The notes beneath the pieces are model-generated. The model had not been told where the DNA came from. It worked only from the letters and a program-made list of their open reading frames with translations, and did not search any database. 64,000 nt of DNA from the NCBI RefSeq assembly GCF_009914755.1, contig NC_060931.1; one strand, written 5' to 3'. This document shows positions 45,542 through 63,225 of this stretch, piece after piece. Made by a program: the position numbers and the translations under genes. Numbering within the stretch: the first letter of the stretch is position 1; each line of letters starts with the position of its first letter. The stretch is from the human T2T-CHM13v2.0 reference genome, Homo sapiens.

Positions 45542-45920
45542 TGATATGGTTTGGCTCTGTCTCCCCACCCAAATCTCATCTCAAACTGTAATTCCCACGT
45601 GTTGAAGGTGGGGCCTGGTGGGAAGTGATTAGATCATGGGGGTGGTTTCTAATTGTTTAGTACCATCGCCCTAGTGATGGCTCATGAGTGAGTTCTCACG
45701 AGATCTGATGGTTTAAAAGTGTGTGGCACCTCCCACTTTGCACTCTCTCTCCTGTGCCATGTAAGGCATGTATTGCTTCCCCTTTGACTTCCGCCATGAT
45801 TGTAAGTTTCCTGAGGCCTCCCCAGCCAGGTGGAACTGTGAGTCAATTAGACCTCTTTTCTTTATAAGTTACCCAGTCTCAGGTAGTTCTGTATAGTAGT
45901 GTGAAAATGGACTAATAACA
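45542..45920 (+). mobile_element. MSTA-like MaLR solo LTR
   Basis: TGATATGGTTTGGCT...ggactaataaCA, with a perfect 5-bp TSD gcaat (45537-45541/45921-45925). Confidence 0.92.
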
Positions 45921-46149
45921 GCAATTAAGAAACACTTATAGGGCAAAATATTCTGAGAATAAGACTATTGGTAATAATGTGAAGGATTCTTAGAAAACAT
46001 GGAATTTGAGATGATCTTGGAGAGATGAATTAAATTCATCAAAAATCACCCGGTGATTATGAAGCACCACGGTGTCCAGCATTGAGTCCTGAGCTGTATA
46101 AACAAGCAGTCACAATTTCTACCCTCAAGAAGCTCACAGTCTGAGTCTT

Positions 46150-46893
46150 CTGGTTCTCAAATCTAGTTATACTTTAGGATCACCTGAGAAGCTTTTTTTA
46201 AAAATGCCCATAATCCTGATTTAATTGGTCTGAGTGAGTCCTGGCCATCAGTATCTTTTAAAGCCTCAGGTGTAGGAAAAGAGTTCTTGAAGAGACAAAA
46301 CAAAAGATAATCATAAAAGAAAAAAATGTTTAACTTAATTAAAATAAGACTATTAAAAGACATCACCAGGAAAGTGAAAAGACAAGCCACAGACTGATTG
46401 AAGAGATTGACAATGCATATATCCAACAACTGGAAACAACACAAATGTCCCTCAATAGGAGAATGGATAAATAAATTGTAGTGCATTGATACAAGGGGAT
46501 ACTAGACAACAATAAAAATTATGAACTACTGACACATGGAACAAGGTAGATGAATCTCATAGGCACTTTATTGAGAGAAAGAAGACAAAAGAGTACATAC
46601 TGAGTAATTCAATTGTTAAAATTTTAAGAACATAGGTAAAACTAATTTACGGCAGTCGACAGTCATCTTTTAGTGACTTAACTGGGAAGGGACACAGCAG
46701 AATGTTATGAAAAAACTGTGGATGTTTGTTTTTTGAATCTCAACCTGGGGGGCATGATACAGAAGGTATATACAAGGATAATCCTTAGAGAAGATGGCTG
46801 GAGCCATCAGCAACCGACACACCCAGCCACTGGGGGAAATGAGCATCTTAGTCCTGGGAGGGATATCTGGGCAGAGTCTCAGCATCCACTACA
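46150..46893. mobile_element. Cluster of relics: MER5B-like (46150-46270), L1ME-like (+, 46270-46730), LTR16-like (-, 46735-46893)
   Basis: 'tggttctcaaa...atcacctgagaagc'; 'aactggaaacaacacaaatgtccctcaataggagaatggataaataaattg'; 'tctgggcagagtctcagcatccactaca'. Confidence 0.6.
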
Positions 46894-46948
46894 CCCTACA
46901 CTGCGTGATCTAATGTGGAACTTGGGGCTGAGACGTACTGGTCTAAAT

Positions 46949-47122
46949 CAGTGATTCTCAAAGGGCAGTCCCTGACAAGCAGCATCAGCACCATCTGAGA
47001 ACTTGTTAGAAATGCAAATTATTGACCCTCTAATGAATTGGAAACTCTGGGTTGAGCCTAGCAATCGGCTTTCGCAAGCCCTCCAGGTGATTTCAATACG
47101 AACTAATATTTGAGAACAACTG
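46949..47122 (+). mobile_element. MER5A (hAT-Charlie), complete with TIRs
   Basis: TIRs cagtgattctcaaa/tttgagaacaactg; 8-bp TSD gtctaaat/gtccaaag. Confidence 0.88.
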
Positions 47123-47598
47123 GTCCAAAGGGGTTTCACTTGAGATCGAGAGGGGATTTTATTTTTCTTTTCTTTTTTTTTTTTTTTTTTTTTGAGAAAT
47201 GGAAGGAATCCTGGCAATGTCACAAAGCATGTCAAATATAACATGGACAGAGAATGCAGTTTGGAGAAAAGTGAACGAGAAAACTGTTTAGCAAATGGGA
47301 CTAATTACTAGATCTTATTTAAAATTTTTTTCTCTTAATCCAATAGACCATATGGAAATCATGTAGATTCTTAAACAGCCTGGCAGAGGAGCAAGGTAAA
47401 ACACAGGGAAGAGAATCTCTATACAGTGAAAATTCTAATAGGAGACATTTGAAATCATCTTTGTGAAAAGTAAGGAGGATAAAAAGTATGAGTGTTAACA
47501 GTAAAAATGGGAAGGAAAAAATGACTCTGAGAGACTCCACAATGATTTGCATCAGAATTTGAATCTCCAGTGGGGTGAGGAAGCAAAGGTTACTATAA

Positions 47599-47859
<261 letters not shown>

Positions 47860-47911
47860 TAAGCCTATCACATCCAGGTGGAGCTGTTTTATAAACAGCT
47901 AGAAATGTAGG

Positions 47912-48023
47912 ACAGGCAGAGTGCAGTGGTTTATGCCTGTAATCCCAACACCTTGGGAGGCTGAGGCAGGAGGATGGTTTGAGCCCAGGAGTTCAAGACC
48001 AGGCAGGGCAGCATATGAAAAAA
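47912..48023 (+). mobile_element. FLAM / Alu left-monomer fragment
   Basis: 'atgcctgtaatcccaacaccttgggaggctgagg...gagcccaggagttcaagacc'. Confidence 0.8.
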
Positions 48024-49512
48024 TGTCTTACATGTTGACAGAAATGTGTTTGGTAGAAGTCAAGCAAAATGAGGCATAAGAAAGCATCATTGAATGATGA
48101 TAAAAATGAGGTCCGAAGTGATCTTATTGCATGTTTTGGTCCATGTAAACTGAATCCTACCCATTTCTCCAACATGTAACACTCCTATAACTAGTCACCT
48201 TTCCACTTATACAGTAAGCTATTCAGGAAAGTGACTTGGATCTGTTAGAGTGGAATCCAGAATGTGACCCATTTCTTCCCTTTGCATTTCTTTCCCTCTT
48301 TCTGCCTCCTATCCCCATCATTTGTCTGGCTCATTTCATCCATCAGGCCTCAGCTCAACTGGCACTCCTCAAAAAGACTTTCTGTGGCTACTCTCAGGGT
48401 CCCCTCTAGTTACCTGTTTATTTCTCCTACAGTACTTTTAGAGCAAACCCTTCTTAAAAATAAACTCTAAAATATAACTGAGGGCTCTTTTTTTCAGATG
48501 CTTGACTAGCAATTCATGTTACTCATCATCTTGCTTCCAATGTTCCACCACATCTGTTCCTGCCTCTTGGATTTGGGTACAGACACCTTTCCCAGGGCTT
48601 GGAAGTGGCTTTCTAAGATTTACATTGATCAACCTAGGGTTAAAACCCTTTCAGGCTGCTGGCACTTCTGCTTGCGCTAGTGTGAGGGCTTATCTCACCA
48701 CTGAAATGCTGGTTCTCCTGCAGTTGCACTTGGTGGGTCCAGTTTCCCTTTTCTGTAAGCCACAGAGGGTGGGGAAAAGAGCTCTGCCTTTTCCTGTTTC
48801 TATTCACTCTTCTTTCCCCTCTACTCCGTCAGTGTGCCACACCCCAGGCTCCTAGCCTTCTCCAACCCAGCCAAAGGAAGCCTCAGAAGACCGTTCTCAT
48901 CTCCCAGTAGGCTCTGGACACTCACAAATACAATTCTGAATTAGCAGTCAAAAATACGCATATAAGTTTTGTTTACATAGAATCTCAGCTCTCTCAAAAT
49001 CCCCTGTTTACCTCACAACTGGATTTTACATGTATCAACAAGCACAGCAAAATGCAAGATAATTTTTATGAAATGTAAACCTCTCTGTGACTTCTAAGGG
49101 GAGAAACGTAGTCTTTTGTTCCCATCTCAGATCCGCCAGAGTTGCCTACTTAGTTTGAATACAAATTTGAGTTACAATAAATTATCCTGAGCCATTCCAG
49201 GCTAACCACTATTTCGGTTTCCAGATCAGTCCCCATTAAACATCAAAATTGCAAGACACGTCACCTCAGTGGAGCCACTGCCTTGATTTGCAATGTTTGA
49301 TCTGGCACCAATACAGGTTTCTTGACTTCTTAATATACTCTTTCTTATTTTTTCACTAAAATTAACAAAAATGAATTTAGTATTTTGCTTAAGTAGGAAA
49401 TTGAAACATTCCAAGCGTTACGCATCTTAAATTATGTAAGTATGCAAGTATTTTTTTTCTGCTTTCTTTCATACGCATTACCACCTCTGCAGGAGAAGTA
49501 AAAGTGAAACCC

Positions 49513-49868
<356 letters not shown>

Positions 49869-50014
49869 TTAAACTTGACTAAAATGTGTCATATAATTTC
49901 TTATATTTCATTGGGCTATCATCCTTCCCTCCCATGAGCACTGGATTTATTTAGGAGGCTTATCATCTTACAAGTTACTTTAATACAATTGTTCCAGAAA
50001 ACAGAAGAATTATT

Positions 50015-51330
50015 AGACTTGTATTTTGAAAAATAAGCCTCAAACTCAGCAATAAGAACCCAAATACCGCAACAATTAAAAAACGAGCCAAAGGCCAGAT
50101 GCAGTAGCTCATGCCTGTGATCCCAGCCTTTAAGAGGGAGGACTGCTTGAGACCTGGAGTTTGAGGTCAGCCTGGGAAACATAGCGAGACCCCATCTCTA
50201 CAAAAAATAAAAAATTAGTCTAATGTGGTAGCACATGCCTGTAGTCCTAGCTACTCAGGAGGCTTAGGCAGGAGGATCATTTGAGCCCAGGAGTTTAAGG
50301 CTCCAGTGAACTATGATTGTGCCACTTGCACTCTAGCCTGGGCGACAGAGTGAGACCTCACCTCTTAAAAAATAAAGAACCAAAGACCTTAAAAGACACA
50401 TCACCAAAGAAGACATACAGATGACAAATAAGCATATGAAAAGGTGCTCCATATCATATGAGAAATGCAAGTTAAAACAACGAGAATCCAGAACACTGAC
50501 AACATCAAATACTGGTGAGGATGTAGAGCTACAGGAACTCTTACTCATTGCTGGTAGGAATGCGAATTGGTACAGCCACTTTGGAAGACAGTTTGCCAGT
50601 TTCTTATAAAATTAAACATATTGTTACCATGTGATCCAGTAACCACACTCCTTGATATTTACTCAAAGAAGCTGAAAACATGCCTACACAAAAATCTGCA
50701 CACAGATGCTTATAGCAGCTTTACTCATAATTGCCAAAACTTGGAGGCAACCAAGATACCCCCAGTAGGTGAATGGATAAATAAACTGTGGTACATCCAG
50801 ACAATGGAATATGATTCAGTGCTAAGAGAATGAGATATCAAGCCATGAAAAGACATAGAGGAAACTTACATAAATATTACTAAGTAAAATAAGGCAGTTT
50901 GAAAAGGCTACACACTGTATAATTTCAACTATATGCCATTCTAGTGAAGGTAAAACTTAAAGACAGAAAAAAAAAAATAATCAGTGCTTGCCAGAGATAA
51001 GTGGGAGGAAGGGATAGATAGGTAGGGCACAGAGGATTTTTAGGGTTCCTGTTGCTCTACTCTGTATGATACTATAGTGATAGACATATATCATTATACA
51101 TTTGTCCATTTGTATAATGGGTGAACCATCATGTAAACTGTGGATTCTAGTGATAATGATGTGTACATGTAGGTTCATCATTTGTGACAAATGTACCACT
51201 CTAGTGGGGATGTTGATAATGGAAGAGTCTATGTATGTGTGGGGGCGGAAGATATATGGAAAATATATCATCTATTCAATTTTTCTATGAACCTAAAACT
51301 ACTCTAAAATATAAAGTCTATTTTTAAAAA
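50015..51330 (+). mobile_element. L1MC1/2-like 3' fragment interrupted by an AluJ
   Basis: ORFs 50421..50609 and 50567..50833 resemble the L1 ORF2 C-terminus; an L1MC-type 3'UTR follows. Confidence 0.85.
50093..50375 (+). mobile_element. AluJ element
   Basis: J diagnostics; TSD ga(g/a)ccaaa. Confidence 0.92.
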
Positions 51331-52667
51331 TATGCTTCTGTGTTTTAAAAACAAGGACTGTAGAATTATTAATGTTTTCCAAGATGAAAATCACTGTAAT
51401 CACTTATCAATGAAAGGAAAATGTTACATATTATCAATTGGATTCTAATAAACAGAATATAATTTATTTGAAGAAGCACAGAATTGATTTATCTCCAGAG
51501 ATGAGTTTAGCTTTCAAATCATCAGAGATACAGATTACCAACAATTAAATACTATGCTATAGCATGGTAGTTTCCAGGCTTCTAAAGTATAAAAACATAT
51601 TTTCAATATCAAAAATATTTTCAGAATGTCACTTCATAAGTACCATGTATTAATCATTTAATAAGAAAAATGACACCTAAGAGTAGACTATGAGGCCATA
51701 TGGAATGAGATCTTTGCCCAGCAGAGATGACAGGTACTAACTCTACCAATCAGATTCTCCTTATTGCAAGTTTGAAATGGAGACACACAAAGTCATGAAC
51801 CAGCAGGGAGCCTGAGGGAGCAAAACCCTTGAGTAACCAAGAAGCCTCTCGAATGAACAGGAGACCAGTTGAGTGGTACTTACCTCCCTCCAACCACATT
51901 TCATCTGGTTCATCTTTTTTATTTATTTTTGCTTTTCCAGACAAATAAGAAGGGGCTGGGCAGAGGGAAGTAGAAGTAAGTTAATTAATTTATAGCCTTG
52001 GAAGGGGCAGCAGCAGGGCCAGGAAGGAGTTGAGTCACGTTAATGGCTCAGCAGAGTAGGGACTGCCGGGGTGAACAGATAACCTAAAGCTGCCTTGAGC
52101 CTGTCTGGAATGATCTTGCCAGTCCAGAAGGAGTCTGTTCTCCAGGAAGCTCAGGCACAATTAGGTTCTTATTTTCCTGCTCAGAGATGGAGGAGTTCCT
52201 GTTCTTGATACCTCATCACCTGACTGAGACCCCCCATCTTCCTTAATTCCCCCATTTCCTTGTAATAAATACTTCAGAATTGAGGTAACTTGAGTTTATC
52301 ATTGTTCTTTATAACTAAAAATTATAGCTAGCACAGAAATTAAATTTATTTTGTCATAATGAATATTTGTCAACCATGAAGACAAACAAAAATATACTTA
52401 GCATTGTACATTATTTTTCTTGCTCCTCCTACTTTTTATCTTTTTAAAAGGAAAGCAGAAGGCAGTCTTTTAGGTGATAAGCAATTGTAAAATAAAGAAA
52501 ACCTACCTTCTGTTTTAATCACTGGTACAGTAAATGTATTCTTTCTCAATGGGATATAGTTACCTATAAATGAGGCTCTTTTAGGAGTTTAGAATACTTT
52601 CCCTTAAAGTTTCAAATGTTTGTAGTGTAAATAACCAATTTCACTGATGTTTAGAAGGGAAGGTAGA

Positions 52668-52992
<325 letters not shown>

Positions 52993-54458
52993 TCACATTC
53001 ACAAGCATCATGAATGGTTCTCTTCAAAAGTTCATTTGGATAAAAATTTGGCCTAATTTGGAAGTACTGGTTCCAGTTACTGATTACAGAGCCTATTTTT
53101 ATATAACATGTTTCAAATTTGTTACTTTTGCTAATAAGTGTGTGATAATCATGTCTGTGTGTGTGAATTGTTTCAAGGTTTATCATTCTATTAAAGTTAG
53201 GGTTATGCAATGTGGCAGAATTATAATATTGATAGTGTAATGTGATTTAATCTAGAATTCAATGACTATCTTGTTGAGGGTGCCTACTAGAATTAGAATT
53301 TTTTTATACAAGACAAATGAATGTTCACTTTCATGTTCAACAATTGAGTAAATGATCTGTAATTTTAGGATATCTAATCCATCAAGGACATTGCAGCATG
53401 GTTATCTTAAATATTTATCACTGAAGAGAATCCAATTAATCATCCCAAATCATATTTCCACTTATATAGGCCTCCAACATTTCTACCTTCCATTTTTATT
53501 CTTCAGACTATCCAGGTGTACTGGGTTTAAGAATCAAAGTGTTTAAAGGGTATATCTTCACATTCTGATATTACTGTTTTACTATATCACTTTTTTGGAG
53601 CGTTTGTTTGCTTATCGTTGCTGTACCCCCAACAAAAACCTGGATGCCTAATAAAGAACCAGGCAAATCATTGCAAAACATTGGGTTGTTTTTTATTTTG
53701 TTTGTATTCTAAGGTTAGTTTTTTGCTTTCATTTGCAAAACTCAAATAATGAAAATATTTTATTGCTACCTAAAAAGCATCAAATAGTTCAACTTGACTT
53801 TATATCATCCAGTGATCAAGGGGCTTACAAAGAAACAAAAGAAGTCCAGTGATAGAGCTGAGAAAACGAGGGAATGTAGTAAAGGATGAGCTGGTGACAC
53901 CAAAACCTGCAAGGCAGAGGTGAATGATTTGAGTACCTAAATGCCTGGGGAGGTAATGTGTAAAATGACCATGTATTCAACAAGATGGAGCTGCAAAACC
54001 AACGGTCAAATGGAGAGTACAATCCTTGCCTATAGACACTCAAATTCAATTTGACTTTGAAACAAAGAACACTGTGCTGCAAAAATATATGTCTATTATG
54101 TCTATTTCACCATAAATTTGTGCCCCCATATGGTTTTGGAACTCATGCTTAGGAATTTGATCTTTATCTAAAAGCATTAGAAAAGAAGCTGCTGAAATAG
54201 AAGTAGGGTGGAAAGAGTGACACTATCAGATTTGTATTTTGAAAAACAGTATTTTAGAAAAAAAACACAAAACCCCAAAAACTTCTCAGTAATATTCTTA
54301 CTGTGATAGATAGTATATCCATGCATCCATGAAACCAAAACAGGATGTTCTTTCCAGCTGCAGTATAGTAACTGAATAGGAGGTCATAGGTAGAGTTGGT
54401 GAACAGAACACGTGTCTGATTTTTTTCCCTCACTAAACCCTCTAGAAATAATTTTTTT

Positions 54459-56510
<2,052 letters not shown>

Positions 56511-56511
56511 T

Positions 56512-56806
56512 GTCCAGGTGTGTGGCTCACACCTGTATTCCCAGCACTTTGTGAGTCTGAAGTGGGAGGATGGTTTGAGGTTAGGAGTTCAAGACCAGGC
56601 TGGGCAACACAGTGAGACCCCATCTCTATAAAAAATTTTAAAAAATTAGCCAGACATGGTGGTGCACACCTGTAGTCCTAGGTATTTGGGCGTCTGAGCA
56701 GGGAGGATCACTTGAGCCCAGGAGTTCAAGGACGTAATGAGCTATAATCACGCCACTGTACTCTAGCCTGGGCAACAGAGCAAGACCATGTATCCAAAGG
56801 AAAAAA
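56512..56806 (+). mobile_element. AluJ element
   Basis: Dimeric, J diagnostics. Confidence 0.92.
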
Positions 56807-56848
56807 TATGAATTGGAGGGAGGCTAAAGCAGAGGCCGCTTCCTAAAA

Positions 56849-57305
56849 TTGTTCCCCTTTTATAATAGGTCTATGATTCTGTTCTACTTTCAAGCTAGTA
56901 AGTTAGCTTGCTTTAGTTTCATGGATGCTAGCAGAAAACATAAGACCCCAGATTCAAAGACAAAGGATTTTATTACTCGTGGCACATCAAGCATCAAGAG
57001 CATCAGCATTATTTGCATTAGTTTCTCTCATTCCCGTGCCTCATGGGGCAACACAGATGGCTCCAGATGGAAGCCTGCACACACAATAAGGTGGATTACA
57101 GAAGAGAATCCTTGAGCTTAGGGAGCCCCGGTTTCTTATATGGGCAGTAAGCATCCTTGTGCTTTGCTCTCAAGGGTGATGCTATCTTCCAATGCTGTTT
57201 GCTATGCAAACTTCCTTTAAAAAGGTAGTCCAGAGCAAAGGGTGATCAGTCTTCTTGAAAGTTGTGCAGGAATGTGAAAGACCTATTGAGAATTCTCTCC
57301 CCAAC
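56849..57305 (-). mobile_element. LTR40-like ERVL solo LTR
   Basis: - strand begins gttggggagagaattctcaataggtctttcacattcctgcac; 'tttcatggatgctagcagaa...acaaaggattttattactc'. Confidence 0.65.
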
Positions 57306-57309
57306 CTAC

Positions 57310-57520
57310 GTACTCAAATGACCTTGTACATTTCTTTCACCGTACTTATCACAATTGCAATTGCATAGTTATTTGAGTGATTGTTTACTATTTGTTTCTC
57401 CTCTAAATCATAAGCTCTATGAAGGTAGGGACCATGTCTGTTTTGTTCATTGCTACATCTCCAATGACTGGCAGAGTGCAGATATATAGTAGAAGCACAA
57501 TAAATGTTTTTTGGAGAACT
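57310..57520 (+). mobile_element. L2 3' end
   Basis: 'taagctctatgaaggtagggaccatgtctgttttgttcattgct...caataaatg'. Confidence 0.78.
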
Positions 57521-57619
57521 ACTCATGGATCACCAAACTTGAGTACACTAGATATACAAACGAAAGATGAGTAACAGGCTACAGATGTCACGAGGCATAA
57601 TGTACTTTAATGGTATTCC

Positions 57620-57790
57620 TTTTTTTTTTTTTTTTTTTTTTTTTTTTGAGACAGAGTCTCGCTCTGTCGCCCAGGCTGGAGTGCAGTGGAGCGATCTCTG
57701 CTCACTGCAAGCTCCGCCTCCCGGATTCACTCCATTCTCCTGTCTCAGCCTCTCCGAGTAGCTGGAACTACAGGCGCCCGCAACCACTCC
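57620..57790 (-). mobile_element. 5'-truncated AluY (right monomer) with long poly-T
   Basis: 'caagctccgcctcccggattcactccattctcc'; TSD tggtattccttt/tgatatttcttt. Confidence 0.9.
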
Positions 57791-57931
57791 TTGATATTTC
57801 TTTACATTTATCTGGCACTTATTTTACAAAGCACCTTTCATGCATTATTTCATGGAAGCTTCACAATAAAACTCTGAATTAGATGAAGAGGTTAAGAGAC
57901 TTGTCCAAGATCACTGGACTTTTTACGTATG

Positions 57932-57962
57932 AAACAAACAAACAAACAAACAAACAAAAAAC
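57932..57962 (+). repeat. (AAAC)n microsatellite
   Basis: Direct reading. Confidence 0.9.
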
Positions 57963-58005
57963 AGGCCTGAAATCTGGGCATTTTAAGCCAATACTTTGTC
58001 CTCTA

Positions 58006-58277
58006 TTTTTTTAGTGATAGTGTCTCTGTCACCCAGGCTGGAGTGCAGTGGCACAATCATAGCTCACTGTAATGTCAAACTCCTGGCTCAAGCAATTCTT
58101 TCAAATAACTAGGACTACAAGCACATGCCACCATGTGTGGCTAATTATTTTTAATTTTTTTAGAGACAAAGTCTCACTGTGTTGCCCAGGCTGGTCTCAA
58201 ATTCCTGTCCTCAAGCAATCCTCCAACCTCAGTCTCCCAAAGCACTGGGATAAAGACACAAGTCTCTGTACTTGGCC
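58006..58277 (-). mobile_element. Degenerate AluJ
   Basis: TSD tttgtcctctattt/tttgttcttctattt. Confidence 0.9.
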
Positions 58278-59248
58278 TTTGTTCTTCTATTTCATAAGAC
58301 ATTATTACCTATGACAATTACGAAGTAGAATAATGTCAAAAGCAAAACTAGGGGAAATATTTTCAATGCTTACTTTAAATGAAAGTTTAAACACCTGTGA
58401 AAATATTTCATTTATTTATTACAGTTATCACAGTGAAGATGAAAGAGTAGAATTCAGTTTTCATCATTCTATGAATTAAAAATAGCAATGCTTTTTGTAT
58501 TTATAAAGCATAAAATATACATCACTTTATTCTCGCAAAATGCAATGAGCTAGGTATTACACGTCTTTCACTTAACAGATGATGAAATTGAGGCTCAGAA
58601 TGCTTTAGCTAGTAGACAGAAATCACACAGCTAATTCTCCCATGAGTTAAAATATAGATATGTTAGGCTGAAAATATGATGCCTTCTCATAAAAGGAAAT
58701 TACTTTCCCAAGAGGCAGATGTTCCTTTCTTCAATATCTCTCAAAACCCAAACATAATAGAATACACTCAGTGTATTCTAATATGTTCTACTATTCATTA
58801 ATCTCTTACTTTGTCTTACTATGATAAATATTGTGAAATTAAGAAACCGTTTTCTAAAATAAGCCACTCATCTAAGAAGTGATTGAAAGCCGTTACATGT
58901 ACACTTATCTTTAGAATTAGATTTTCTCTGGAAGTATTAAGAATTTGATTAAAAATAAATATTACTAGTTTAACATTGTAATGTGCCTCCAACTCATACT
59001 TCAGTCATCAGATAGTCACTGTAGCAAATTAAGAAATACCTAATACAAGTATAATTTTAAAGTTTCCATTTCTTCCTTCTATTCCTTGTTTCAATATGTT
59101 TCACTTCTAATTTCATATATATAAATGAAACATTTCTCATTTGTGCCATTTATTTTGCACTTATAAATTGCTTTGTAGGGTTATCTTTTTACACATTGAT
59201 TTCTAGCCTTTCACAACCAGAATGTAAGCTACTTTAGGACATGGATCA

Positions 59249-59592
<344 letters not shown>

Positions 59593-60944
59593 ACTTCCTC
59601 CACTCCACCTCTCTGCTTTGCACCTTGTCAAGCTCAATTCAGGTGAGTTCCTGGCTTTGCTCTCTTTATTCCTCTCCCCGTTTAAAGTCACCTGAAAAAT
59701 TAGCCATACTCTGTTCCCAGGGTTAACCTAACTAAAGCAAGAGTAGATTACCACCCTTCAAAATCAGCATTTTGGAGCTTATCCTCAAAGACAGGCCAGC
59801 CCTGATGACCTGGCACCAAGGTTAACAACTGGCCTCCCACCTCCAGTCTGGAGCCCAACGTGGCCTCACGTGTATGACATGCCTTCTGTTCCATTGCTGT
59901 TCCCATATTGCTAATCTGGGAATTTTTCATGATGTTTTAGTCATTCCCAGGAAAGAGAGAAAAGGCAAACAAAGTTGAGACTTGCTTTCTCCCCCAGGAA
60001 GATCTGGAATGTAAATTACACCTCAGAGTTTTCCTGACCTGAAGCAAGGGAGCTGGGTCTTTTTACTCCATCATCTGGCAGTCATTGGTTAAGAGCTGCG
60101 CCAGGGGACCTAAAATCCCAGCTCTGTGCTTACTGGCAAAGCAGCCCCAGACGCACAAGAGCAGTCCTCCGAAGAATAAATACAGGTACTGTGAAGCAGA
60201 GGGAAAAAAGCACTGAAGCACAGAAATAGTGAAAGTGATCCCAGCAGATCTGGTCAAAGCACTTACGGTGTCTGCTGCAGCTCTATCCATCAGAAGAAGA
60301 CCACAAAAACCTGGGCCCCCACAACACAGCCTGGGACAACTGCTGGGGATGGCCAGAGCCTACCTGCAATAGAAGCAGCTAATCCCACAAGGAGAAGATG
60401 AGGTGATATGAGCACAGAGCCCTGTGTCCCAGGAGAGGAGCATCAGGACAGATTTTAGAGCTGTAACAACGGGAGAGGTCTGATGAAAGAAAGCTCAGAG
60501 ATGATAAAGGCCAATGTCAAAGGACAGAAAAGGACAGCAGTGTGAGCAATTTTGAATGCAAATGAATCACTGTGGCATCCCCAAACAGCCAAAAGGAAGG
60601 CATTTGTGTGGGTGCTCCTGCAATTCCTTGGGCTTGACCTGAGTTAGAGAAATATAATTGTATTGGAGGTTGGTGTGGCTTGGGGAAAGATAAACCACAA
60701 ACTTCATTTTCTGCTACACTGCTATCTGCTATTACTGAGTCCAAATAAAAGTTAAAAGTACTGTCAGACATTAAAGGTAAAAAAAGTAAAGATACTGGAT
60801 CTGTCTTTTCACTCCCTACCAGCAAATCTATGCATTGTGTTGCTTCATCTTTCCAGGTCAAGAGTCTGACTTATCTTTTCATTTATGCCCCACAATTTAC
60901 ACTGCCATATAGGGAGATTTTTAAAAAGACAGTAATTAGTCTAA

Positions 60945-61367
<423 letters not shown>

Positions 61368-61590
61368 TCATAAATATTTTTAAAGTTAGGTACCACATTA
61401 GGCAGATAAAAAGGAGTGTTCCTGTGTTGAAAAAGAAGCAACATACGTGGAAATGATAAACATGAGATTCAGGTTGGTGGTTACCTGAAGGAAGAAGAAA
61501 AGGGAATGGGAACTGGAAGAATTAAACCATGCTTTTTTGTATGCCTGAAATGTTGTGTAACAATAATTCAAATAAGTAAATGAAAATAGA

Positions 61591-61894
61591 GGCCAGGCAT
61601 GGGGGTTCCTGCCTGTAATCCCAGCACTTTGGGAGGCTGAGGCAGGAAAGATCACTTGAGTTCAGGAATTCAAGACTAGCCTAGGCAACATAGCAAAACC
61701 CCCTGTCTACGAAAAATTTTAAAAACTTGCCAGGTGTGGTGTTGCACGCCTGTAGTCCCAACTAGTCAGGTGGCTGAGGTGGGAGGATCACTTGAGCCCA
61801 GGAGATGGAGGCTACAGTGAGCTATGATCACGCTGCTGCACTCCAGCTTGGGTGACAGAGCAAGTCTTGTCTCCAAAAAAAAAAAAAAAAAAAA
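61591..61894 (+). mobile_element. AluJ element
   Basis: Dimeric, J diagnostics, poly-A. Confidence 0.93.
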
Positions 61895-62249
61895 GCAGAA
61901 GAAAATACAAGCTTTAGTATTTCCTTGCTTCACCCTAAAGGATCATTTTGAATACTCCCTGTCCCCTGTACTTTGTTTGGGACATGGTATGAAGATACTA
62001 AAGGCTTGAACTTATAGTGACAGGAGAATTAAAGAGTAAGAAATCAACTAGGGAGATATTTAAGTGGTGACTGAATATGGAGTAGTAAAGACTTGGAGAT
62101 ATTGGTATGATTTTGAGGTTTTTGGGAAAAAATTGTTCACTTTCCCATTCTGGAGTCCCCAGTCCACATTTTAGAACAATCTCTAAATCCCGTATGTGTT
62201 GCTAAATCAACTTTTCAGCTCTCATTTAGGGATGCGAAATAAAAGTGTC

Positions 62250-62575
62250 GTTTAATCAATATGCATTCCAACAAAGCTTTTTTAAGCATTTATTTGCCAG
62301 ACATTGTATGTGCCAGACATGTCCTTAAAGACCAAATTGGTATTATAATATGATGATAATAGCTAATATTTATTGAGACTTTTACTAAGGCCTGCACTGT
62401 GTGCTAAGCACTTTGCCTGCATTGTCTTGTTAAATCCTCACAGCAGCCCTACAAAGGTGGTACTATTGTTATCCCTAATGTATAGATGAAGAAATGCAAG
62501 CCTGCAGAGTAAGTTCCTTAAGGTTAACTAGAGCTAGAACGAAGATCAGAATCCAGGATTTAGTGATGATAAAAT
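62250..62575 (-). mobile_element. L2 tail followed by MIR
   Basis: 'cattccaacaaagc...ttaagcattt' and 'agctaatatttattgag...tgtgctaagcacttt...aaatcctcacagcagccct'. Confidence 0.72.
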
Positions 62576-62899
62576 CTGTATACCTCATCACTGGTATATA
62601 CAACAAAAATCAATGGAAAAGTTTCTATGGTAATCTAGAAGAAATTATTAGCTTAGCTAGAGGATTCAATGAGAGTTTCAAAGAAAACCGATAACAGAAT
62701 TTTAAAGGATAGGTAGCAAACAACATTCCAGAAAGCTTTGACAGAAGCCTGAGAGCATATGATATATATGCAGCTTTGTGTGTTTCAATGACATATGCAT
62801 TCAGGGGCAGTGGCAGAGGTGGGTCTGGTGAGGTTGGTAGGAAGGAAATTAGGAAGGATAGCACGTTCGGGACGGAGGAGGGGTTGAAAAAGAAGTGTT

Positions 62900-63225
62900 G
62901 GCTGGGCGTGGTGGCTCACGCCTGTAATCCCAGCACTTTGGGAGGCTGAGGCTGGTGAATCATGAGGTCAGGAGATCGAGACCATCCTGGCCAACATGGT
63001 GAAACCCCGTCTCTACTAAAAATACAAAAATTAGCCGGGTGTGGTGGCACACACCTATAATCCCAGCTACTCAGGAGGCTGAGGCAGAAGAATCACTTGA
63101 ACCTGGGAGGCAGAGATTGTAGTGAGCAGAGATGGCAGCCCGGCACTCCAGCCTGGCAAGAGAGCAAGGCAAGACTCCATCTCAAAAACAAAAAAAAAGA
63201 AAAAAAGAAAAAGAAAAAGAAGAAG
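62900..63225 (+). mobile_element. AluSc/Sg-like element
   Basis: Dimeric Alu with (AAAAAG)n tail. Confidence 0.95.

Noticed and set aside
60063-60290. 75-aa ATG-initiated hydrophobic ORF in apparently unique DNA
   Set aside because: No recognisable homology, splice context or promoter; the length is within chance expectation.
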